Shown piece by piece: positions 42,781 through 50,633 of a stretch of DNA of 64,000 nucleotides. The position numbers were made by a program, and so were the translations under genes. The first letter of the stretch is position 1. Each line of letters begins with the position of its first letter. The stretch is from positions 48,948 to 112,947 of the forward strand of contig CAVEFO010000001.1 of the NCBI GenBank assembly GCA_963615055.1. The letters run 5' to 3'. The notes under the pieces are model-generated. The model was not told where the DNA came from and made no database searches. It was given only the letters and a program-made list of their open reading frames with translations. Source of the DNA: Lachnospiraceae bacterium. Lineage in GTDB: Bacteria > Bacillota > Negativicutes > Veillonellales > Dialisteraceae.

Positions 42781-42875
42781 CAAGCTCATCAAGCCTTTTC
42801 AAACCTCATCAAGCCAACAATAAAAGAGCTGCGAGAAAATGTCACATCATTTCCTCGCAACTCTTTTTCGTTTCC

Positions 42876-43607
42876 TTACTCTTCCTCAGGATACTCCGCA
42901 TTCGTGTAAACTTCCTGCACGTCATCCATTTCTTCGAGCTCATCCGTGAGGCGCTGCATGACTTTGGCAGCGTCTCCGGAGAGGGCGACGGTCGTGTCCG
43001 GGACCATGCCGAGTTCGCTGGCCGTGACGGCAATGCCGGCTTGCTCCAATGCGTCGGAGACCGTCATAAATTCATCCGGGCCGGTCGTGATCTCGTAATT
43101 GTCGTCATTGACGGCGACATCTTCCGCACCCGCATCGAGCGCAATCATCATAAGGGTATCTTCGTCGGCCGCGTCCTTGGCGACGATGATGGAGCCCTTT
43201 TTCTTAAACATCCAGGAAACGCAGCCCGTCGCGCCGAGGTTTCCGCCGTGATGGGTGAAGGCATGACGGATGTCCGCCGCCATGCGGTTTCGATTGTCTG
43301 TGCTGGCTTCGACGATAATCGCCGTACCGGAGGGGCCGTAGCCTTCGTACGTGACTTCATCGAGCCCCGCGCCGCCCGCACCGCCGACGCCTTTGGCGAT
43401 GGCACGCTGAATATTGTCTTTCGGGACATTATTCTGGCGCGCTTTCATGAGCGCGAGCTTGAGGCGCATGTTTCCGACGGGATCGCCGCCGCCCATGCGA
43501 GCCGCAATGGTGATTTCTTTTGAAATTTTCGTGGTGATTTTCGCGCGGATGGCGTCCATTTTGCCTTTCGTGCGCTTGATATTTTCCCACTTGGAATGTC
43601 CGGACAT
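42876..43607 (-). CDS. yebC: YebC/PmpR-family transcriptional regulator
   Basis: 243 aa beginning MSGHSKWENIKRTKG, the family signature. Confidence 0.9.
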   Translation of the reverse strand: MSGHSKWENIKRTKGKMDAIRAKITTKISKEITIAARMGGGDPVGNMRLKLALMKARQNNVPKDNIQRAIAKGVGGAGGAGLDEVTYEGYGPSGTAIIVEASTDNRNRMAADIRHAFTHHGGNLGATGCVSWMFKKKGSIIVAKDAADEDTLMMIALDAGAEDVAVNDDNYEITTGPDEFMTVSDALEQAGIAVTASELGMVPDTTVALSGDAAKVMQRLTDELEEMDDVQEVYTNAEYPEEE

Positions 43608-44189
43608 TTAATCCTCCTTCCTCTCCCACCACGCTTCTCCGAGCAGGCGATCGAGAATAATGGAAACGGCGCTCCTGACGCAGAGGTGATTGTAGCTGCC
43701 GCAACCGTAAATGGGTTCCAATATGTAATCGAATTGTTTCATCATTTCCTTGGTCATGCCGTAGCCGGTGCCGAAAAGAAGCAGGACGGGGTCGTCTCCT
43801 TCGGCGATTTTCCGGCGCATGGCCGCGTAGCTGACGGTATTCGGATACACGCGTGCATCGGTCGTGACGATGAGCGGTTTCCTCCCCGTTTCCGTTTCGA
43901 TTTGGGAAACGGCTTCCGCAAGGTCAGAAACAAGCACGGTCGACTCGAAAGCTTCGCGGCGATTCGCATTGTAGCGGCTGCCGGCGCCTGTCTTCCAGTG
44001 CTCCATGATGAGCGCGGCCATATGCCGCTGGGATTCGATGGGATGAATGATGAAATACGAAGAAACGTCATAGGTCTTAGCGCTCCTCGCAATATCGTGA
44101 ATATCGTAATTGGTGAGCGCCGTGGTGATGACGTCCATATGTTTGTTGTAAATGGGGTAATGAATCAGCCCCACATAGCATTTCGCCAT
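43608..44189 (-). CDS. putative SPOUT-type RNA methyltransferase-like protein
   Basis: Start moved to MAKCYVGLIHYPIYNKHMDV; the ORF-track N-terminal extension runs through repeat DNA. The trmD-linked small protein resembles the SAM-dependent RNA methyltransferase family often found beside trmD. Family assignment is from memory. Confidence 0.5.
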   Translation of the reverse strand: MAKCYVGLIHYPIYNKHMDVITTALTNYDIHDIARSAKTYDVSSYFIIHPIESQRHMAALIMEHWKTGAGSRYNANRREAFESTVLVSDLAEAVSQIETETGRKPLIVTTDARVYPNTVSYAAMRRKIAEGDDPVLLLFGTGYGMTKEMMKQFDYILEPIYGCGSYNHLCVRSAVSIILDRLLGEAWWERKED

Positions 44190-44210
44190 AGCGAGTCTCT
44201 TTTCAAAAAA

Positions 44211-44550
44211 CAGGGGCGGGACTTTTTCTTTTCTTCTCTTTTGCGGCATTTGAGATGGAAGCTTTTGCATGATAGGGATGAGGAGCGGACTTTTTCCTTT
44301 ACTCCCCTTTGCGGCATTTGCGAGGAAAGCTTTTGCAAGATAGGGGTGAGGAGCGAAGCTTTTTCTTTGCATGACCTTTGTGGCATAGATAATGGGCAAC
44401 TGACTGCTGATAGAGATGAGAAAACGCCTCATCCCTATCAACACTTTATTTTTCAGCTCAAACGCCGCAAAAGAGAAACGACTACCAAGTCGAGCCTCCC
44501 ATCTCTACCGGCAGGAAGTTTTCACCTCAAACGCCACAAAAGAATAGAAC
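44211..44550. repeat. mosaic intergenic repeat, locus C
   Basis: Three forward and about two inverted units of about 68-70 nt. Forward units at 44211-44278, 44279-44346 and 44347-44416. Central hairpin GATAGAGATGAG/CTCATCCCTATC at 44409-44439. Inverted units run to about 44550. Confidence 0.7.
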
Positions 44551-44554
44551 AGAT

Positions 44555-45298
44555 TTAGTCCGGCCCCTCTTCTTCAATCTCTGCCATCAGCTTTTTATCC
44601 TCTTCCGACGGATGAAATTGTTTCATCAGATCCGGACGGCATCGCATGGTGCGGCGGAGGGATTCTTTGCGCCTCCATCCGGCGATTTTCGCATGGTCGC
44701 CGGAAAGTAATATTTCCGGGACATCCCAATCGCGATATTTTGCCGGTTTCGTGTATTGCGGGCCTTCCAGAAGCGGCTCGGAAAAGGAATCGCACGCCGC
44801 GCTTGCCGCATCACCCAGGACGCCCGGCACCATGCGCGCCACGGCGTCAATCACGACCATCGCGCCCAACTCGCCGCCCGTCAGGACATAATCGCCGATG
44901 GAAATGAGCTCGTCAGCCAAATGGTCTTCGACGCGAGCATCCACACCTTCGTAATGACCGCAAAGAAAGACGATGTGATCGTAATCGCGATACAGCGTTT
45001 TCGCTTTTTCCTGCGTAAACGGCACACCGACGGGTGAAAGGAGGATCACGCGACTCCGCGGCGTTTTTTCCGGAAGCACCGATTCACATGCCTCAAAGAG
45101 CGGGCCGCATTGCATGAGCATCCCCGCGCCGCCGCCGCAAAGCGTGTCATCGACATGACCGTGGCGATTGTGCGCAAAATCTCTGGGATTCGTGACGGCG
45201 AGCTCCAAAAGCCCCGCCGCCCGGGCGCGCCCGATGATGCTCTGCGCGTAAAACGCTTCGATGAATTCCGGAAAGAGGGAAATGACATCGATCTTCAT
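44555..45298 (-). CDS. trmD: tRNA (guanine37-N1)-methyltransferase
   Basis: 247 aa beginning MKIDVISLFPEF. TrmD-like throughout. Confidence 0.9.
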   Translation of the reverse strand: MKIDVISLFPEFIEAFYAQSIIGRARAAGLLELAVTNPRDFAHNRHGHVDDTLCGGGAGMLMQCGPLFEACESVLPEKTPRSRVILLSPVGVPFTQEKAKTLYRDYDHIVFLCGHYEGVDARVEDHLADELISIGDYVLTGGELGAMVVIDAVARMVPGVLGDAASAACDSFSEPLLEGPQYTKPAKYRDWDVPEILLSGDHAKIAGWRRKESLRRTMRCRPDLMKQFHPSEEDKKLMAEIEEEGPD

Positions 45299-45310
45299 CG
45301 CGCTCCCCCG

Positions 45311-45880
45311 TCAATCTTCCCATTCCAAAAGATGCACCGTCATGCGCCGCGCCGTAAGATCCACCGAAAGAATGCAATCCGGGATCGCCGGGATACAGAT
45401 TTCCTTTCCATCCTTCGCCGCCACATAGACGTCATTTGCCCCCGTTTCGATGATTTCCGAAAGCGTCCCAATTTCCGTCCCGTCCTCTTCGACAATCGAA
45501 AGCCCGAGGAGCTCGAAATAGTAATACTCCCCGGCCGGCAAACGCGGAAATTCATCTCGCGGCAGGAAACAAATTTGTCCGACGAGCGCTTCGGCGCCGT
45601 TTCTGTCGTCGCAGCCTTTGAAATGCACGCGATACACATTCTTGTGAGGCTTGGCCAAGAGGACTTCGTGCGGCGCATCTCCCAAAAAGAGACGCCGCAC
45701 CTTGCCCAAGATCTCCGGCCGCTCGACAGACGGCAATACACGCAAATCACCCCGCACACCATGCGGGGCAACGATTTTGCCGACTTCGATGAAATTGTCA
45801 GAGTCTGTCTTATTCACGGAATGCGACAATCTTTCCGTCTTCCACCAAGATTTCTCCGCCACGGATGTCATTGAGATCAT
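45311..45880 (-). CDS. rimM: 16S rRNA processing protein RimM
   Basis: Contains the VGKIVAPHGVRGDLRV motif and a PRC-barrel C-terminus. Start is uncertain: ATG 45880 overlaps ylqD by 71 nt, and GTG 45817 is the alternative. Confidence 0.8.
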   Translation of the reverse strand: MISMTSVAEKSWWKTERLSHSVNKTDSDNFIEVGKIVAPHGVRGDLRVLPSVERPEILGKVRRLFLGDAPHEVLLAKPHKNVYRVHFKGCDDRNGAEALVGQICFLPRDEFPRLPAGEYYYFELLGLSIVEEDGTEIGTLSEIIETGANDVYVAAKDGKEICIPAIPDCILSVDLTARRMTVHLLEWED

Positions 45881-46217
45881 CCCCGACGTGGACCGTCACA
45901 AGGCGATTGATCGGACCGCGCGGCAGCTCAGCGCCGATGACGAGCCCGTTCAACTGCTCTTTGTCGTTGAGAATCTTTTCCTTGGCTTCGAGAAACTGCG
46001 CTTTCTGCGCTTCAATCTGCGCGCGAAGCTGGGCCACGCCGGCCATATTGATTTTGGCCTGCTCGGAGAGTTTCGCGTTTCCTTCAAATTCGAGCTGCGC
46101 CAAGTCATGCTCGATGGCATCGAGATTTTGCTGCATCTCGGCCAAAAGTCTGGTCTTCAGTGCTTCCGTCAGCTTCGATTTCAGCAAGACGGGCACAAGC
46201 AGGGTCATTTCTTCCAT
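45810..46217 (-). CDS. ylqD: YlqD-family protein
   Basis: 135 aa, in the conserved position between khpA and rimM. Confidence 0.7.
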   Translation of the reverse strand: MEEMTLLVPVLLKSKLTEALKTRLLAEMQQNLDAIEHDLAQLEFEGNAKLSEQAKINMAGVAQLRAQIEAQKAQFLEAKEKILNDKEQLNGLVIGAELPRGPINRLVTVHVGDDLNDIRGGEILVEDGKIVAFRE

Positions 46218-46248
46218 GATGTACCTTCTTTCGGACGCGCGGCGCGCA

Positions 46249-46476
46249 TCACATAATGTCGACGGCGACTCTCCGGTCCTGCTTCAAGGCGCCTGCTTTC
46301 ACGACGGCGCGAATCGCATTGGCGATCCGGCCTTGGCGGCCAATGACTTTCCCGATATCCTCAGGGGCGACCCGGACTTGATAAATCTCCAGATTTCCCT
46401 TTTGGACGACGGTCACCGTCACGGCCTCCGGATTTCTCACTAAGGATTTCACAATCCAGCAAACGAGCTCCTCCAT
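46249..46476 (-). CDS. khpA: KH-domain RNA-binding protein
   Basis: Start at MEELVCWIVKSLV with a GGAGGG Shine-Dalgarno. Contains the GKVIGRQGRIANAIR KH motif. Confidence 0.85.
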   Translation of the reverse strand: MEELVCWIVKSLVRNPEAVTVTVVQKGNLEIYQVRVAPEDIGKVIGRQGRIANAIRAVVKAGALKQDRRVAVDIM

Positions 46477-46490
46477 AGTCTGTCCCTCCA

Positions 46491-46754
46491 TTATTTCTTG
46501 GATTCGGCAAACTTGGCCAGGATGCCGTTTTTGCGAAGGATGGAACGAACGGTATCGGTCGGCTGTGCACCTTTCTGCAACCAGCCGATGATCTTTTCGT
46601 CATCCAACTTCACCGGCGCGTCCGCCTTGGTCGGATCATACCAACCGACGGTGTCCACCGGAGCGCCGCTTCTGGCCGCGCGTGCGTCGATGACGACCAC
46701 ACGGTAGAACGGTGCCTTTTTCGCGCCCATACGGGTCAAACGGATTTTAAGCAT
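46491..46754 (-). CDS. rpsP: 30S ribosomal protein S16
   Basis: 87 aa beginning [21 protein letters not shown]. Confidence 0.95.
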   Translation of the reverse strand: MLKIRLTRMGAKKAPFYRVVVIDARAARSGAPVDTVGWYDPTKADAPVKLDDEKIIGWLQKGAQPTDTVRSILRKNGILAKFAESKK

Positions 46755-46781
46755 ATTTTCACCTCCTTGAAATATGATGAA

Positions 46782-48128
46782 TCAAAATTTAGGAAACCCG
46801 GGAATTGAGAGTCCCCGAGGCATTTTACTGTTTTTCATCTTTTTCATCTGCTTGCGCATCTCCGTGAATTGCTTCATGAGCCGATTCACTTCCTGCACAT
46901 GCGTCCCGGATCCGGCCGCGATACGTTTGCGACGACTGCCGTTTAATATGTCCGGATTCCGACGCTCGGCGGCTGTCATCGATTGGATGATCGCCTCGAT
47001 ATGCTTCATTTCCTTGCTGTCGAAATCTATATCTTTCAGTTGTTCCTTATATTTGCCCATCCCGGGAATCATCCCGAGAATATTTTGCATCGAGCCCAGT
47101 TTCTTCACCTGGCGCATCTGTTTCAGGAAATCATCGAGTGTAAATTCGCCTTTCTTCAGCCTTTGGACCGCGTCCTCCATGCTGTCCTGATCGAGCGTCC
47201 GCTGCGCCTGCTCAAAGAGCGATTGCAAATCACCCAGATCGAGAATACGCCCCGCCATGCGATCCGGATAGAAATCCTCCAGCCCGCCGTCGAGCTTCTC
47301 CGATGTGCCGATCAGCTTGATCGGTTTCCCTGTGACACTCTTGATCGAAAGCGCCGCGCCGCCTCTGGCATCACCGTCCATTTTCGTCAAGATCGTCCCG
47401 TCGATGCCAAGACTCTCATCGAAAGCTTTCGCCGTCGTCACCGCATCCTGCCCCGTCATGGAATCCAGCACGAGCAAAATCTCATGCGGCCGGACCGCGC
47501 CCTTGATATCGCGGAGCTCTTGCATCAGCTTCTCATCAATCGTGAGACGCCCCGCCGTATCGATGAGGAGAATATCTTGGTTGTACGTCTTCGCGCTCTG
47601 AATCGCATCCTTTGCAATCTGCACCGGATCCGTACTCCCCGGAACTTTATAAACAGGCACCCCCGTCTGCTCACCCAACACTTCGAGCTGCGAGACGGCC
47701 GCCGGACGATACACGTCACACGCGACCAAGAGCGGGCGATGCCCCTTCTTTTTCAGCATCAGTGCGAGCTTCCCCGCCGTCGTCGTTTTCCCGGCGCCCT
47801 GCAAGCCCACCAGCATCAAAATCGTCGTCCCGGAAGGAGAAATCGTAATCTTACTCTGCGTCCCGCCAAGGAGCGTCGTCAGCTCATCGCGGACAATCTT
47901 AATCACCGTCTGATCTGGCTTGAGACTCCCGAAGACCTCTTCGCCGATTGCTTTTTCACGGACCTCTCCGATGAAATCCTTGGCGACCTTGAAATTTACA
48001 TCCGCTTCCAAAAGCGCACGCCGCACCTCGCGGAGCGCCCCGTCGATATCACTCTCCGAAAGCTTCCCCTTGCCGCGCAAATCTTTGAACGCACTCTGCA
48101 GCTTATCGCCCAGACTTTCAAACGCCAT
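46782..48128 (-). CDS. ffh: signal recognition particle protein
   Basis: Start at MAFESLGDKLQSAF. NG domain (GLQGAGKTTT) and a Met-rich M domain. Confidence 0.95.
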   Translation of the reverse strand: MAFESLGDKLQSAFKDLRGKGKLSESDIDGALREVRRALLEADVNFKVAKDFIGEVREKAIGEEVFGSLKPDQTVIKIVRDELTTLLGGTQSKITISPSGTTILMLVGLQGAGKTTTAGKLALMLKKKGHRPLLVACDVYRPAAVSQLEVLGEQTGVPVYKVPGSTDPVQIAKDAIQSAKTYNQDILLIDTAGRLTIDEKLMQELRDIKGAVRPHEILLVLDSMTGQDAVTTAKAFDESLGIDGTILTKMDGDARGGAALSIKSVTGKPIKLIGTSEKLDGGLEDFYPDRMAGRILDLGDLQSLFEQAQRTLDQDSMEDAVQRLKKGEFTLDDFLKQMRQVKKLGSMQNILGMIPGMGKYKEQLKDIDFDSKEMKHIEAIIQSMTAAERRNPDILNGSRRKRIAAGSGTHVQEVNRLMKQFTEMRKQMKKMKNSKMPRGLSIPGFPKF

Positions 48129-48168
48129 GATTTCACCCCTTCCCAAAGAAATATATTTACAGGAAACG

Positions 48169-48495
48169 TCAGATCACATCCATCGTTTCCAAAATGTTTC
48201 GGGCCTCATCCCGCGAGCCTTCCGGCACAAGCGCCAAGAGCGCCGGTGCTTCTTGCTCCCGGACTTTCCTAAGCGCCGCCAAATGCAACACCGATTCATA
48301 CAAAAGCAACTGCTCCTCGCCGCGCGCCATCGCATCATGCACCGCCTGCCGCGAGATCCGGAAACAATCCGCGATCTCGGAAAGCGTCAGATTCTCATTG
48401 TAATACAAATCCAGACACTCGCGCCGCCGCGCCGTCAAAAGCGCTCCGTAGCAATCGAGCAACTCACTTTTTTCGACAATCTTTTCCAATGACAT
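48169..48495 (-). CDS. ylxM: YlxM/UPF0122 putative HTH protein
   Basis: Start at MSLEKIVEKSELLDCYGALLT. Sigma-70 region-4-like HTH. Lies upstream of ffh. Confidence 0.8.
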   Translation of the reverse strand: MSLEKIVEKSELLDCYGALLTARRRECLDLYYNENLTLSEIADCFRISRQAVHDAMARGEEQLLLYESVLHLAALRKVREQEAPALLALVPEGSRDEARNILETMDVI

Positions 48496-48514
48496 ACCAT
48501 CACCAACGGAAACG

Positions 48515-48543
48515 ATTATAAAGGAAACGGTTTTGCTTGTCAA
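48515..48543 (-). promoter_or_regulatory. consensus promoter of the ylxM-ffh operon
   Basis: On the minus strand: TTGACA, 17 nt, TATAAT. Both hexamers match consensus exactly. Confidence 0.6.
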
Positions 48544-48872
48544 GAGATTTCTCTTTACACGGCGGACAGTAAGGAGACGCTCCACCTTTTGGCCGCAAAG
48601 GAATCAAGACGGCAGATAGAGCGTGCGCAATGCTTTTGATTTCACACGCAAAACTGTTGTTAATTGTCAGCCATTAACTGCCAGCTCAAGCAGCGTCGCC
48701 TCCGGCAGCCATAATATGCGGCCGAAGGCCGCCACCAATCAACCCCTCTTTTGAAGGCGACCTTCCGGTGGACGGTTGCCGGTGCCCCATAGGGGCGGGA
48801 GATAAATAACACGATGAAAAAACTTCTCGTCAAAAAATTTCCGCTTTCCCTCAATTCTCAATTCCGCTTTTC

Positions 48873-49193
48873 CTACTCCACGCCCGGGAAACTTTTCACA
48901 AAACGAATCGTGATATCCGGGAAACTGTCGACAAATTGGATTTTGAAATCCTCGCCGTGCTCCACAAATTGCCATTCCCCGATATCATCCGGAAAACTCG
49001 TCACCGTCTTCACCCGCAGATCCGGAAACGAATTCACCACCTTCACCCGGATATCCGGAAAATGCTCCACCACCTTCACTCGCCCGGCCAGACGAATGCC
49101 ATTAAAATACCCTTCCGGCGTGATGTTTCCCTTTGCGGAGACAAGGAACCCGCCGAGAAGAAAGACGAGAAAAAACGCCAATAATTTTTTCAT
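48873..49193 (-). CDS. small secreted repeat protein (FPD repeats)
   Basis: 106 aa with signal peptide MKKLLAFFLVFLLGGFLVSA and a strong AGGAGG Shine-Dalgarno. Five to six degenerate 11-aa repeats V-x-(S/H)-F-P-D-x-x-(V/I)-(K/R)-(V/F). Confidence 0.6.
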   Translation of the reverse strand: MKKLLAFFLVFLLGGFLVSAKGNITPEGYFNGIRLAGRVKVVEHFPDIRVKVVNSFPDLRVKTVTSFPDDIGEWQFVEHGEDFKIQFVDSFPDITIRFVKSFPGVE

Positions 49194-49399
49194 AAGAAAC
49201 CTCCTTGTGTGAGAAACAAAACACGCGTCGCTTTTTCGTCAGACGCAAGATAGCAGAGAACCGGGATCTTGGAGCGCGCCACATAGAGATGGAGATGTCA
49301 GACGACGGCTCAATTTTTGCGCCACGCGCAAGAGAACAGAAAGATTGTAAACAATACCTGTCAACGACAATTTTATAACCTTGATCAGTTTCCTTTAGG

Positions 49400-49425
49400 C
49401 AAAAAGCGCCCAAATGTAGGCGCTT
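49400..49425 (-). terminator. terminator distal to the CRISPR array
   Basis: On the minus strand: AAGCGCC..GGCGCTT stem followed by TTTGCC. Lies 32 nt beyond the last repeat. Confidence 0.5.
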
Positions 49426-49456
49426 CCCTTTTCCGGCGCGAGTCCCGTGGACGATG

Positions 49457-49558
49457 GTTTTACCACCATCAGAAATTACATCGCTCTCAAACCGCACGCG
49501 GGAGTTATTGCCTCCGGCTCTTGTTTTACCACTATCAGAAATTACATCGCTCTCAAAC
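49457..49558 (-). CRISPR. minimal type II-A CRISPR array (2 repeats, 1 spacer)
   Basis: 36-nt repeats at 49457-49492 and 49523-49558, differing at one position. crRNA sense: GTTTGAGAGCGATGTAATTTCTGAT(A/G)GTGGTAAAAC. One 30-nt spacer at 49493-49522, written on the plus strand as CGCACGCGGGAGTTATTGCCTCCGGCTCTT. Confidence 0.85.
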
Positions 49559-49644
49559 CTCAAATTGCATAATTATGCAGCCGGGTCGTCCGCAAGCGGT
49601 ACCGCCTTCACAAGGGCAGCGCAATTTCCGACAGGGTTTCTTCA
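49559..49644 (-). promoter_or_regulatory. CRISPR leader
   Basis: 86 nt between the csn2 stop and the first repeat. On the minus strand it ends in ATTTGAG directly against the repeat. Confidence 0.6.
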
Positions 49645-50316
49645 TCAAAAAATCTGGCATAGGTCCCGATCGATGACGAAGAGTTCCTCCTGCTTCATTA
49701 TATCATGACAAATCCCTTCCAGCAGGAAAAATGAAAAATTCTCTTCCGCCGCATTTCGATACCATTCTTCCCGGACGTCCGGCGGCAGAAAATCTCGGAA
49801 ATGATTGAAACAGAAGCAGGTATCACCGCAAAGCGAGACCCAGCTTTTCATGAATGTCAGCATTCTCTCGGCCAAGCTTTGCCCACCCGTATCGATTTGG
49901 ATATGAAGCGCTTTGAAAATATCCGTCACATCGATATCCGGCTCATAATCAAGTGGCAAGGAATGATCAAATATCACCGTCTCCGCATAACGAATAATGT
50001 TTTGGCAAAGACTTGCCGTTTCGACCGAATGTATCTCATCATGAGCGATATCTCGCAATTTCTTGTACAGCACGGTCAAAAGTTTCCGGTCATTGGGATT
50101 GAGTTCTGCGGGGCTGCCAATCAACAAAAATGATTTTTTCATGTCTAGTGCTTTGCCGTTTTTCGTCAAAACAAAGCGCCCGCCTCCCATCTCGGCCGCT
50201 TCCTGCAGCGCCAAAAATGTCTCATACAGACAGATCTCGTTTTCCACAGAGAGAATCGGCACGCGTCCTTCTCCCGGAGCCAACGTAAACTCCCACTCAG
50301 GCAACAGCAATTTCAT
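49645..50316 (-). CDS. csn2: CRISPR-associated protein Csn2 (type II-A)
   Basis: 223 aa, last cas gene before the leader. Layout matches the S. pyogenes-type short Csn2. Confidence 0.8.
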   Translation of the reverse strand: MKLLLPEWEFTLAPGEGRVPILSVENEICLYETFLALQEAAEMGGGRFVLTKNGKALDMKKSFLLIGSPAELNPNDRKLLTVLYKKLRDIAHDEIHSVETASLCQNIIRYAETVIFDHSLPLDYEPDIDVTDIFKALHIQIDTGGQSLAERMLTFMKSWVSLCGDTCFCFNHFRDFLPPDVREEWYRNAAEENFSFFLLEGICHDIMKQEELFVIDRDLCQIF

Positions 50317-50633
50317 AAAATCACCAGCCTTTCTTCACTGTCGATAATTTCACTTTGCAGCTGTCCCAGGATGAGCTCCATCTCGCCGTATTGTTTCTCC
50401 GTGATGACCAAAGCCTGGATCAAGCCATGCCGCGGCCGGATGCCTTTCACGTATTTGATAATGCTGCGGGAAGCCGCCGGCGTCAGCGCAATCTTGGTAT
50501 AGACGGATTCCTGCATCATGATAAAGCCTTTCGTGATAAGGCCTTTTCGGAAATTGCGATAGGCGCGCCGCTCCTCCGAAGTGTCCGTCGGCAGGTCAAA
50601 AAACACCATGACGCGCATAAATCTACCACTCAT
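50313..50633 (-). CDS. cas2: CRISPR-associated endoribonuclease Cas2
   Basis: 106 aa beginning MRVMVFFDLPTDT. Overlaps both cas1 and csn2. Confidence 0.9.
   Translation of the reverse strand: MSGRFMRVMVFFDLPTDTSEERRAYRNFRKGLITKGFIMMQESVYTKIALTPAASRSIIKYVKGIRPRHGLIQALVITEKQYGEMELILGQLQSEIIDSEERLVIL

Noticed and set aside
44190-44444. N-terminal extension of ORF 43608-44444, plus the small ORFs 44165-44386 and 21683-22228, whose translations share FAPHPYLAK- and KGKK-like peptides.
   Set aside because: The shared peptides come from translating the intergenic repeat units. There is no Shine-Dalgarno. The methyltransferase-like protein has a proper start at 44189.
48586-48872. Possible SRP RNA (or another structured housekeeping RNA) in the hairpin-rich gap next to ylxM-ffh.
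   Set aside because: I could not find the conserved SRP domain IV motif (the GGAA-tetraloop helix with AGCA/GNAR features). The stems resemble the short GAAG- and TTCG-looped hairpins of the dispersed intergenic repeats.
49391-49456. A third, degenerate CRISPR repeat beyond the distal repeat.
   Set aside because: The 36 nt at the expected register (49391-49426) show no similarity to the repeat and instead form the terminator hairpin.
49102-49563. 153-aa minus-strand ORF spanning the CRISPR array. Its translation repeats RFESDVISD(S/G)GKT.
   Set aside because: The repeated peptide is just the translated CRISPR repeat. The region is the array plus its terminator.
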